Assembly (NCBI GenBank): GCA_964016885.1
Contig: OZ024743.1
Span: forward strand, 243,412,001-243,476,000
Direction: 5' to 3'
Origin: Eledone cirrhosa
Lineage: Eukaryota
Length of the DNA: 64,000 nucleotides
The notes beneath the pieces are model-generated. The model made no database searches and was not told the origin of the DNA. It worked only from the letters and a program-made list of their open reading frames with translations. Position 1 is the first letter of the stretch. Each line of letters starts with the position of its first letter. Below are positions 51,201-64,000 of the stretch, piece after piece. The position numbers and the translations under genes were made by a program.

Positions 51201-54200
51201 CTACTAGGCCATGTCCACATTAACCACTAGGGCATGTCCGCATTAACCACTAGGCCATGCCCACATTAACTACTAGGCCATGTCTGCATATAGCAAAAGG
51301 CCATGTCCACATTAACTACTAGGCCATGTCCACATTAATTACTAAGCCATGTTCACATTAACTACTAGGCCATGACCACATTAAGTACTAGGTCATGTCC
51401 ACATTAACTACTAGGTCATGTCCACATTAACCACTAGTTCATGTCCACATTAACTACTAGGCCATGTCCACATTAATTACTAGGCCATGTCTACATTAAT
51501 TACTAAGCCATGTCCACATTAACTACTAGGTCATGTCCACATTAACCACTAGGCCATGCCCACATTAACTACTAGGCCATGTCTGCATATAGCAAAAGGC
51601 CATGTCCACATTAACTACTAGGCCATGTCCACATTAATTACTAAGCCATGTCCACATTAACTACTAGGCCATGACCACATTAACTACTAGGCCATGTCCA
51701 CATTAATTAATAAGCCATATCCACTTTAAATACAAGGTCATGTCCACAATAACCACTATGCCATGTCCACATTAACTACTAGGTCATGTCCTCATTAACT
51801 ACGAGGTCATGTCCACATTAACTACTAGGCCATGTCTGCATATAGCACTAGGCCATGTCCTCATTAACTAGTAGGCCATGTCCACATCAACCACTAGGCC
51901 ATGTCCACATTAACCACTAGACCATGTCCACATTAACCACTAGACGATGTCCACATTAACTACTAGGCCATGTCCACATTAACTACTAGGCGATGTCCAG
52001 ATTAACCACAAGGCCATGTCTGCATTAACTATAGGCCATGTCCACATTAACGACTAGGCCATGTCCACATTAACTACTAGGCCATGTCCACATTAACCAC
52101 TAGGACATGTCTACATTAAATACTAGGCCATGTCCACATTAACCACTAGGCCTTGTCCACATTAACCACTAGGGCATGTCCGCATTAACCACTAAGCCAT
52201 GTCCACATTAACTACTAGGCCATGTCCACATTAACTACTAAGCCATGTCCACATTAACTACTAGGCCATGTCCAGATTAACGACAAGGCCATGTCTGCAT
52301 TAACTATAAGCCATGTCCACATTAACTACTACGCCATGTCCACATTAGACACTAGGACATGTCTACATTAAATACTAGGCCATGTGCACATTAACCACAA
52401 GGCCATGTCCACATTAAATACTAGGCTATGCCCATATGAACTACTAGGCCATGTCCACATTAACTACTAGGTCATGTCCACATTAACTACTAGGCCATGT
52501 CCACATTAACTACTAGGCCATGTTCACATTAACGACGAGACCATGTCCATATTAACCACTAGTCCATGACCACATTAACTACTAGGCCATGTCCACATTA
52601 ACTACTAGGCCATGTCCACATTAACTACTAGGCCATGTCCACATTAACAACTAGGCCGTGTCCACAATAACTACTAGGACATGTCCACATTAACCACTAC
52701 GGCATGTCCGTATTAACTACTAGGCCATGTCCACATAAACTACTAGGCCATGTCCACATTAACCACTCAGCCATGTCCACATTAACCACTAGGTCATGTC
52801 CACATTACCTACTAGGCCATGTTGACATCAACTACTAGACCGTCTCCACATTAAGCACTAGACTATTTTGACATTAACTACTAGGCCATGTCCACATTAA
52901 CTACTAGGCCATGGCCACATTAACCACTAGCCCATGTCCACATTAACCACTAGGCCTTGTTCACATTAACCACTAGTTCATGTCCACATTAACTACTAGG
53001 CCATGTTGATAATAACTACTAGGCCATGTCCACATTAACCACTAGGGCATGTCCGCATTAACCACTAAGCCATGTCCACATTAACTTCTAGGTCATGTCC
53101 ACATTAACTACTAGGCCATGTCCACATTAAATACTAGGTCATGTCCACATTAACTACTAGGCCATGTCCACATTAATTACTAAGCCATGTCCACATTAAC
53201 TACTAGGCCATGTCCACATTAACTACTCAGCCATGTTCACATTAACCACTAGGCCATGTCCACATTAACCACTTGGTCATGTCCCCATTAACTACTATGC
53301 CATGTCGACATTAACTACTAGGCCGTCTCCACATTAACTACTAGGCCATGTCCACATTAACTACTAGGCCATGTCCACATTAACTACTACTCCATGTCCA
53401 CATTAACTACTAGGCCATGACCACATTAAGTACTAGGTCATGTCCACATTAACTACTAGGTAATGTCCACATTAACCACTAGTTCATGTCCACATTAACT
53501 ACTAGGCCATGTCAACATTAATTACTAGGCCATGTCTACATTAATTACTAAGCCATGTCCACATTAACTACTAGGTCATGTCCACATTAACCACTAGGCC
53601 ATGCCCACATTAACTACTAGGCCATGTCTGCATATAGCAAAAGGCCATGTCCACATTAACTACTAGGCCATGTCCACATTAATTACTAAGCCATGTCCAC
53701 ATTAACTACTAGGCCATGACCACATTAACTACTAGGCCATGTCCACATTAATTAATAAGCCATATCCACATTAAATACAAGGTCATGTCCACAATAACCA
53801 CTATGCCATGTCCACATTAACTACTAGGTCATGTCCTCATTAACTACGAGGTCATGTCCACATTAACTACTAGGCCATGTCTGCATATAGCACTAGGCCA
53901 TGTCCTCATTAACTAGTAGGCCATGTCCACATCAACCACTAGGCCATGTCCACATTAACCACTAGACCATGTCCACATTAACCACTAGACGATGTCCACA
54001 TTAACTACTAGGCCATGTCCACATTAACTACTAGGCGATGTCCAGATTAACCACAAGGCCATGTCTGCATTAACTATAGGCCATGTCCACATTAACGACT
54101 AGGCCATGTCCACATTAACTACTAGGCCATGTCCACATTAACCACTAGGACATGTCTACATTAAATACTAGGCCATGTCCACATTAACCACTAGCCCATG

Positions 54201-57200
54201 TCCACATTAACCACTAGGCCTTGTCCACATTAACCACTAGGGCATGTCCGCATTAACCACTAAGCCATGTCCACATTAACTACTAGGCCATGTCCACATT
54301 AACTACTAAGCCATGTCCACATTAACTACTAGGCCATGTCCAGATTAACGACAAGGCCATGTCTGCATTAACTATAAGCCATGTCCACATTAACGACTAG
54401 GCCATGTCCACATTAACTACTACGCCATGTCCACATTAGACACTAGGACATGTCTACATTAAATACTAGGCCATGTGCACATTAACCACAAGGCCATGTC
54501 CACATTAAATACTAGGCTATGCCCATATGAACTACTAGGCCATGTCCACATTAACTACTAGGTCATGTCCACATTAACTACTAGGCCATGTCCACATTAA
54601 CTACTAGGCCATGTTCACATTAACGACGAGACCATGTCCATATTAACCACTAGTCCATGACCACATTAACTACTAGGCCATGTCCACATTAACTACTAGG
54701 CCATGTCCACATTAACTACTAGGCCATGTCCACATTAACAACTACGGCATGTCCGTATTAACTACTAGGCCATGTCCACATAAACTACTAGGCCATGTCC
54801 ACATTAACCACTCAGCCATGTCCACATTAACCACTAGGTCATGTCCACATTACCTACTAGGCCATGTTGACATCAACTACTAGACCGTCTCCACATTAAG
54901 CACTAGACTATTTTGACATTAACTACTAGGCCATGTCCACATTAACTACTAGGCCATGGCCACATTAACCACTAGCCCATGTCCACATTAACCACTAGGC
55001 CTTGTTCACATTAACCACTAGTTCATGTCCACATTAACTACTAGGCCATGTCCACATTAACTACTAGGCCATGTTGATAATAACTACTAGGCCATGTCCA
55101 CATTAACCACTAGGGCATGTCCGCATTAACCACTAAGCCATGTCCACATTAACTACTAGGTCATGTCCACATTAACTACTAGGCCATGTCCACATTAAAT
55201 ACTAGGTCATGTCCACATTAACTACTAGGCCATGTCCACATTAATTACTAAGCCATGTCCACATTAACTACTAGGCCATGTCCACATTAACTACTAGGCC
55301 ATGTCCACATTAATTACTAAGCCATGTGCACATTAACTACAAGGTCATGTCCACAATAACCACTAGGCCATGTCCACATTAACTACTAGGTCATGTCCTC
55401 ATTAACTACGAGGTCATGTCCACATTAACTACTAGGCCATGTCTGCTTATAGCACTAGGCCATGTCCACATTAACTAGTAGGCCATGTCCACATCAACCA
55501 CTAGGCCATGTCCACATTAACTACTGGGCCATGTGCACATTAACTACTAGGTCATGTCCACATTAAGCACTAGGCCATGTCTACATTAACCACAAGACCA
55601 TGTCCACATTAACTACTACGCCATGTCCACATTAACTACTAGGCCATGTCCAGATTAACCACAAGACCATGTCTGCATTAACTATAGGCCATGTCCACAT
55701 TAACGACTAGGCCATGTCCACATTAACTACTAGGCCATGTCCACATTAACCACTAGGACATGTCTACATTAAATACTAGGCCATGTCCACATTAACCACA
55801 AGGCCATGTCCACATTAAATACTAGGCTATGCCCATATGAACTACTAGGCCATGTCCACATTAGCTACTAGGTCATGTCCACATTAACTACTAGGTCATG
55901 TCCACAATAACTACTAGGCCATGTTCACATTAACTACGAGACCATGTCCATATTAACCACTACGGCATGACCACATTAACTACTAGGCCATGTCCACATT
56001 AACTACTAGGCCATGTCCACATTAACTACTAGGTCATGTCCGTAGTAACTACAAGGGCATGTCCACATTAACCACTAGGCCATGTCCACATTAACTACTA
56101 GGCCTTGTCCACTTTAACTACTCGGCCATGTCCACATTACCTTCTAGGTCATGTCCACATTAACTACTATGTCATGTCCTCAATAACTACTAGGTCATCT
56201 CCACATTAACTATTAGCTCATGTCCACATTAACCACAAGCCATGTCCACATTAACTACTAGGCCATGTCCACATTAACTACTAGGCCATGTCCACATTAA
56301 CCACTCGGCCATGTCCACATTAACCACTAGGTCATGTCCACATTAACTACTAGGCCATGTCGACATCAACTACTAGGCCGTCTCCACATTAACCACTAGG
56401 CTATGTTGACATTAACTACTAGGCCATGTCCACATTAACTACTAGGCCATGTCCACATTAACCACTAGCCCATGTCCTCATTAACCACTAGGCCATGTCC
56501 ACATTAACTACTAGGTCATGTCCACATTAATTACTAGGTCATGTCCACATTAACCACAAGCCATGTCCACATTAACTACTAGGCCATGTCCACATTAACT
56601 ACTAGGCCATGTCTGCTTATAGCAAAAGGCCATGTCCACATTAACTACTAGGCCATGTCCACATTAATTACTAAGCCATGTCCACATTAACTACTAGGCC
56701 ATGTCAACATTAACTAATAGGCCATGTCCATATTAATTACTAAGCCATGTCCACATTAACTACTAGGTCATGTCCACAATAACCACTAGGCCATGTCCAC
56801 ATTAACTACTAGGTCATGTCCTCATTAACTACGAGGTCATGTCCACATTAACCACAAGCCATGTCCACATTAACTACTAGGCCATGTGCACATTAACTAC
56901 TCGGTCATGTCCACATTAACCACTAGACCATGTCCACATTAACTACTAGGCCATGTTCACATTAACTACTAGGCCATGTTCACATTAACGACGAGACCAT
57001 GTCCATATTAACCACTAGGCCATGACCACATTAACTACTAGGCCATGTCCACATTAACTACTAGGCCATGTCCACATTATCTACTAGGCCATGTCCACAT
57101 TAACTACTAGGTCATCTCCACATTAACCACTCGGCCATGTCCACATTAACCACTAGGTCATGTCCACATTTACTACTAGGCCATGTCGACGTCAACTACT

Positions 57201-60200
57201 AGGCCGTCTACACATTAACCACTAAGCTATGTTGACATTAACTACTAGGCCATGTCCACATTAACCACTAGCCCAGGTCCACATTAACCACTAGGCCATG
57301 TCCACATTAACCACTAGTTCATGTCCACATTAACTACTAGGCCATGTCCACATTAACGACTAGGCCATGTCCACAATACCTACTAGGCCATGTCCACATT
57401 AACCACAAGGGCATGTCCGCATTAACCACTAGGTCATGTCCACATTAAGTACTAGGTCATGTCCACATTAACTACTAGGTCAAGTCCACATTAACCACTA
57501 GGTCATGTCCACATTAACTACTAGGCCATGTCCACATTAACCACTAGTTCATGTCCACATTAACTACTAGGCCATGTCCACATTATCTACTAGGCCATGT
57601 CCAGATTAACCACTCAGCCATGTCCACATTAACCACTAGGTCATGTCCACATTAACTACTAGGCCATGTCGACATCAACTACTAGACCGTCTCCACATTA
57701 ACCACTAGGCTATGTTGACATTAACTACTAGGCCATGTCCACATTAACTACTAGGCCATGGCCACATTAACCACTAGCCCATGTCCACATTAACCACTAG
57801 GCCTTGTCCACATTAACCACTAGTTCATGCCCACATTAACTACTAGGCCATGTCCACATTAACTACTAGGCCATGTTCACAATAAATACTAGGCCATGTC
57901 CACATTAACCACTAGGGCATGTCTGCATTAACCACTAAGCCATGTCCACATTAACTACTAGGCCATGTCCACATTAACTACTAGGCCATGTTCACAATAA
58001 CTACTAGGCCATGTCCACATTAACCACTAGGGCATCTCCGCATTAACCACTAAGCCATGTCCACATTAAGTACTAGGTCATGTCCACATTAACTACTAGG
58101 CCATGTCCACATTACCCACTAGTTCATGTCCAAATTAACTACTAGGCCATGTCCACATTAACTACTAGGACATGTCTGCATATAGCAAAAGGCCATGTCC
58201 ACATTAACTACTAGGCCATGTCCACATTAATTACTAAGCCATGTCCACATTAACTACTAGGCCATATCCACATTAACTACTAGGCCATGTCCACATTAAT
58301 TACTAAGCCATGTCCACATTAACTACAAGGTCATGTCCACAATAAACACTAGGCCATGTCCTCATTAACTACGAGGTCATGTCCACATTAACTACTAGGC
58401 CATGTGCACATTAACTACTAGGTCATGTCCACATTAAGCACTAGGCCATGTCCACATTAACCACTAGACCATGTCCACATTAACTACTACGCCATGTCCA
58501 CATTAACTACTAGGCCATGTCCAGATTAACCACAAGGCCATGTCTGCATTAACTATAGGCCATGTCCACATTTACGACTAGGCCATGTCCACATTAACTA
58601 CTAGGCCATGTCCACATTAACCACTATGACATGTCTACATTAAATACTAGGCCATTTCCACATTAACCACAAGGCCATGTCCACATTAAATACTAGGCTA
58701 TGCCCATATGAACTACTAGGCCATGTCCACATTAACTACTAGGTCATGTCCACATTAACTACTAGGTCATGTCCACATTAACTACTAGACAATGTTCACA
58801 TTAACTACGAGACCATGTCCATATTAACCACTACGCCATGACCACATTAACTACTAGGCCATATCCACATTAACTACTAGGCCATGTCCACATTAACTAC
58901 TAGGTCATGTCCGTAGTAACTACAAGGGCATGTCCACATTAACTACTAGGCCATGTCCTCAATAACTACTAGGTCATCTCCACATTCACTATTAGCTCAT
59001 GTCCACATTAACCACAAGCCATGTCCACATTAACTACTAGGCCATGTCCACATTAACTACTAGGCCATGTCCACATTAACTACTAAGCCATGTCCACATT
59101 ATCCACTAGGTCATGTCCACATTAACTACTAGGCCATGTCGACATCAACTACTAGGCCGTCTCCACATTAACCACTAGGCTATGTTGACATTAACTACTA
59201 GGCCATGTCCACATTAACTACTAGGCCATGTCCACATTAACCACTAGCCCATGTCCTCATTAACCACTAGGCCATGTCCACATTAACCACTAGGGCATGT
59301 CCGCATTAACCACTAAGCCATTTCCACATTAACTACTAGCTCATGTCCACATTAAGTACTAGGTCATGTCCACATTAACTACTAGGCCATGTCCACATTA
59401 ACCACTAGTTCATGTCCACATTAACTACTAGGCCATGTCCACATTAACTACTAGGCCATGTCCACATTAATTACTAAGCCATGTCCACGTTAACTTCTAG
59501 GTCATGTCCACATTAACCACTAGGCCATGTCCACAATAACTACTAGGTCATGTCCACATTAATTACTAGGTCATGTCCACATTAACCACAAGCCATGTCC
59601 ACATTAACTACTAGGCCATATCCACATTAACTACTAGGCCATGTCTGCATATAGCAAAAGGCCATGTCCACATTAACTACTAGGCCATGTCCACAATAAT
59701 TACTAAGCCATGTCCACATTAACTACTAGGCCATGTCAACATTAACTACTAGGCCATGTCCACATTAATTACTAAGCCATGTCCACATTAACTACAACGT
59801 CATGTCCACAATAATCACTAGGCCATGTCCACATTAACTACTAGGTCATGTCCTCATTAACTACGAGGTCATGTCCACATTAACCACAAGCCATGTCCAC
59901 ATTAACCACTAGGGCATGTCCGCATTAACCACTAAGCCATGTCCACATTAACCACTAGGTCATGTCCACATTAACTACTAGGCCATGTCCACATTAATTA
60001 CTAAGCAATGTCCACATTAACTACTAGGTCATGTCCACATTAACCACTAGGCCATGTCAACATTAACTACTTGGTCATGTCCACATTAATACTAGGTAAT
60101 GTCCACATTAACCACAAGCCATGTCCACATTAACTACTAGGCCATGTCCACATTAACTACTAGGTTATGTCCACATTAAGTACTAGGCCATGTCCACATT

Positions 60201-63200
60201 AACTGCAGGCCATGTTCACATTAACTACGAGACCATGTCCACATCAACTAGTAGGCCATGTCCACATTAATTATTAGGTCATGTCCTCATTAACTACTAG
60301 GCCATGTCCACATTAACTACTAGGTCATGGCCACATTAACCACTAGGCCATGCCCACATTAACTTCTATGCCATGTCTGCATATAGCACTAGGCCATGTC
60401 CACATTAACCAACTGGCCATGTCCACATTAACTACTAGGTCATATCCACATTAACTACTAATCTATGTCCACATTAACTACTAGGCCATGTCCACATTAA
60501 CTACTAGGCCATGTCCACATTAACTACTAGGGCATGTCCACATTAACCAATAGGCCATTTCCAAATTAACTACTAGGCCATGTCCACATTAACCTCAAGG
60601 TCATGTCCGCATTAACTACTAGGCCATGTCCAACTTAACCTCTAGTTCATATCCACATTAACTACTAGTCCATGTCCACATTAACTACTATGCCATTTCC
60701 ACATTAATTACTAAGCCAAGTCCACATTAACTACTAGGTCATGTCCACATTAACCACTAGGCCATGTCCAATTTAACTACTAGGTCATGTCCACATTAAT
60801 TACTAGGTCATGTTCACATTAACCACAAGCCATGTCCACATTAACTACTAGGCCATGTCCACATTAACTTCTAGGCCATGTCTGCATATAGCACTAGGCC
60901 ATGTCCACATTAACCACTAGGCCATGTCTACATTAACTACTAGGCCATGTTCACATTAACCACTAAACCATCTCCACATTAACTACTAGGCCATATCCAC
61001 ATTAACTACTACTCCATGTCCACATTAACTACTAGCTCATGTCTACACTAATCACAAGGCCATGTCTGCATTAGCTATAGGCCATGTGCACATTAACGAC
61101 TAGGCCATGTCCACATTAACTACTGATCTATTTCCACATTAACAACTAGATCATGTCCACATTAAGCACTAGGCCATATCCATATTAACTACTAGTCCAT
61201 GTCCACATTAACTACTAGGCCATGTCCACATTAACTACTAGTCCATGTCCACATTAACTACTAGGCCATGTCCACATTAACTACTAGGTCATATCCACAT
61301 TAACTACTGATCTATTTCCACATTAACAACTAGGCCATGTCCACATTATCTACTAGGTCATATCCACATTATCTACTAATCTATTTCCACATTAACTACT
61401 ATGCCATGTCCACATTAACTACTAGGCCATGTCCACATTAACAACTAGGCCATGTCCACATTAACTACTAGGCCATGTCCACATTAACCAATAGGCCATG
61501 TCCAAATTAACTACTAGGCCATGTCCACATTAACCACTACACCATGTCCTCATTAACTAGTAGGCCATGTCCACATTAACTACTAGGCCATGTGCACATT
61601 AACTACTAGGCCATGTCAACATTAACTACTACGCCATGTCCACATTAACTACTAGGCCATGTCCACATTAATTACTAAGCCATGTCCACATTAACTACTA
61701 GGTCATGTCCACATTAACCACTAGGCCATGTCCATATTAACTACTAGGACATGTCCACATTAACCACTAGTCCATGTCCACATTAACCACTAGACCATGT
61801 CCACATTAACTACTAGGCCATGTCCACATTAACTGCTAGGCCATGTCCACATTAATCACTAGGCCATGTCCACATTAACTACTAGGCCATGTCAACATTA
61901 ACCACTAGGACATGTCTACATTAAATACTAGGCCATGTCCACGTTAACCACAAGGCCATGTCCACATTAAATACTAGGCTATGCCCATATGAACTACTAG
62001 GCCATGTCCACATTAACTACTAGGTCATGTCCACATTAACTACTAGGCCATGTCCACATTAACTACTAGGCCATGTTCACATTAACGACGAGACCATGTC
62101 CATATTAACCACTAGGCCATGTCCACATTAACTACTAGGCCATGTCCACATTAACTACTGGGTCATGTCCACATTAACTACTAGGCCATGTCCACATTAA
62201 CCACTAGGTCATGTCCACATTAACTACTAGGCCATGTCCACATTAACTACTAGGCCTTGTCCACATTAACTACTAGGCCATGTCCACATTACCTTCTAGG
62301 TCATGTCCACATTAACTACTAGGTCATGTCCTCAATAACTACTAGGTCATCTCCACATTAACCACTCGGCCATGTCCACATTAACCACTAGGTCATGTCC
62401 ACATTAACTACTAGGCCATGTCCACATTAACCACTAGGGCATGTCCGCATTAACCACTAAGCCATGTCCACATTAACCACTAGTTCACGTCCACATTAAC
62501 TACTAGGCCATGTCCACATTAACCACCAGTTCATGTCCACATTAACTACTAGGCCATGTCCACATTAACCACTAGGGCATGTCCGCATTAACCACTAAGC
62601 CATGTCCACATTAACCACTAGGTCATGTCCACATTAAGTACTAGGTCATGTCCACATTAACTACTAGGTCAAGTGCACATTAACCACTAGGTCATGTCCA
62701 CATTAACTACTAGGCCATGTCCACATTAATTACTAAGCAATGTCCACATTAACTACTAGGTCATGTCCACATTAACCACTAGGCCATGTCAACATTAACT
62801 ACTAGGTCATGTCCACATTAACCACTAGGCCATGTCAACATTAACTACTTGGTCATGTCCACATTAATACTAGGTAATGTTCACATTAACCACAAGCCAT
62901 GTCCACATTAACTACTAGGCCATGTCCACATTAACTACTAGGTTATGTCCACATTAAGTACTAGGCCATGTCCACATTAACTGCAGGCCATCTTCACATT
63001 AACTACGAGACCATGTCCACATTAACTAGTAGGCCATGTCCACATTAATTATTAGGTCATGTCCTCATTAACTACTAGGCCATGTCCACATTAAGTACTA
63101 GGTCATGGCCACATTAACCACTAGGCCATGCCCACATTAACTTCTATGCCATGTCTGCATATAGCACTAGGCCATGTCCACATTAACCACTAGGCCATGT

Positions 63201-64000
63201 CCACATTAACTACTAGGTCATATCCACATTAACTACTAATCTATGTCCACATTGACTACTAGGCCATGTCCACATTAACTACTAGGCCATGTCCACATTA
63301 ACTACTAGGGCATGTCCACATTAACCAATAGGCCATTTCCAAATTAACTACTAGGCCATGTCCACATTAACCTCAAGGTCATGTCCACACTAACTACTAG
63401 GCCATGTCCAACTTAACCTCTAGTTCATATCCACATTAACTACTAGTCCATGTCCACATTAACTACTATGCCATTTCCACATTAATTACTAAGCCATGTC
63501 CACATTAACTACTAGGTCATGTCCACATTAACCACTAGGCCATGTCCATATTAACTACTAGGACATGTCCACATTAACCACTAGGCCATGTCCACATTAA
63601 CCACTAGACCATGTCCACATTAACTACTAGGCCATGTCCACATTAACTGCTAGGCCATGTCCACATTAATCACTAGGCCATGTCCACATTAACTACTAGG
63701 CCATGTCAACATTAACCACTAGGACATGTCTACTTTAAATACTAGGCCATGTCCACATTAACCACAAGGCCATGTCCACATTAAATACTAGGCTATGCCC
63801 ATATGAACTACTAGGCCATGTCCACATTAACTACTAGGTCATGTCCACATTAACTACTAGGCCATGTCCACATTAACTACTAGGCCATGTTCACATTAAC
63901 GACGAGACCATGTCCATATTAACCACTAGGCCATGTCCACATTAACTACTAGGCCATGTCCACATTAACTACTAGGTCATGTCCACATTAACTACTAGGC
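42242..64000. repeat. 23-bp tandem satellite B, consensus ACTACTAGGCCATGTCCACATTA, about 945 units, with higher-order duplications; runs off the window end
   Basis: Direct reading. Many diagnostic variant units recur at fixed offsets. Confidence 0.99.

Noticed and set aside
42242-64000. CRISPR array, telomeric repeat or repetitive protein gene
   Set aside because: No spacers, no TTAGG/TTAGGG unit, and the 23-bp period shifts frame and brings frequent stops.

Overview
Eukaryotic, AT-rich, microsatellite-saturated genomic DNA. The SINE/LINE families and (TA)n/(TG)n density suggest an octopod cephalopod (inference). Two 23-bp tandem satellites bracket the window (1-3494 and 42242-64000, the second with kb-scale higher-order duplications). 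Between them lie four phase-compatible minus-strand exons of an STIL/SAS-5-like centriole gene (9419 to 4380), probable exons of a second unidentified minus-strand gene (21074-21000, 16951-16752), and many retroelement relics (Tx1-like, Hero-like, R4/Dong-like, RTE, Penelope/Neptune GIY-YIG), SINEs, a mariner-type MITE and a non-autonomous Helitron. The most notable signal is at about 17-34 kb: roughly a dozen minimal hammerhead-ribozyme motifs in short non-coding elements sitting in (TA)n tracts. Several of these elements are near-perfect fold-back palindromes, with a ribozyme motif on both strands in two cases. Copy-specific mirrored variants indicate the hairpins are built anew for each copy. 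Most ORFs in the supplied track are microsatellite artefacts. All calls are by eye; no searches or folding were run.
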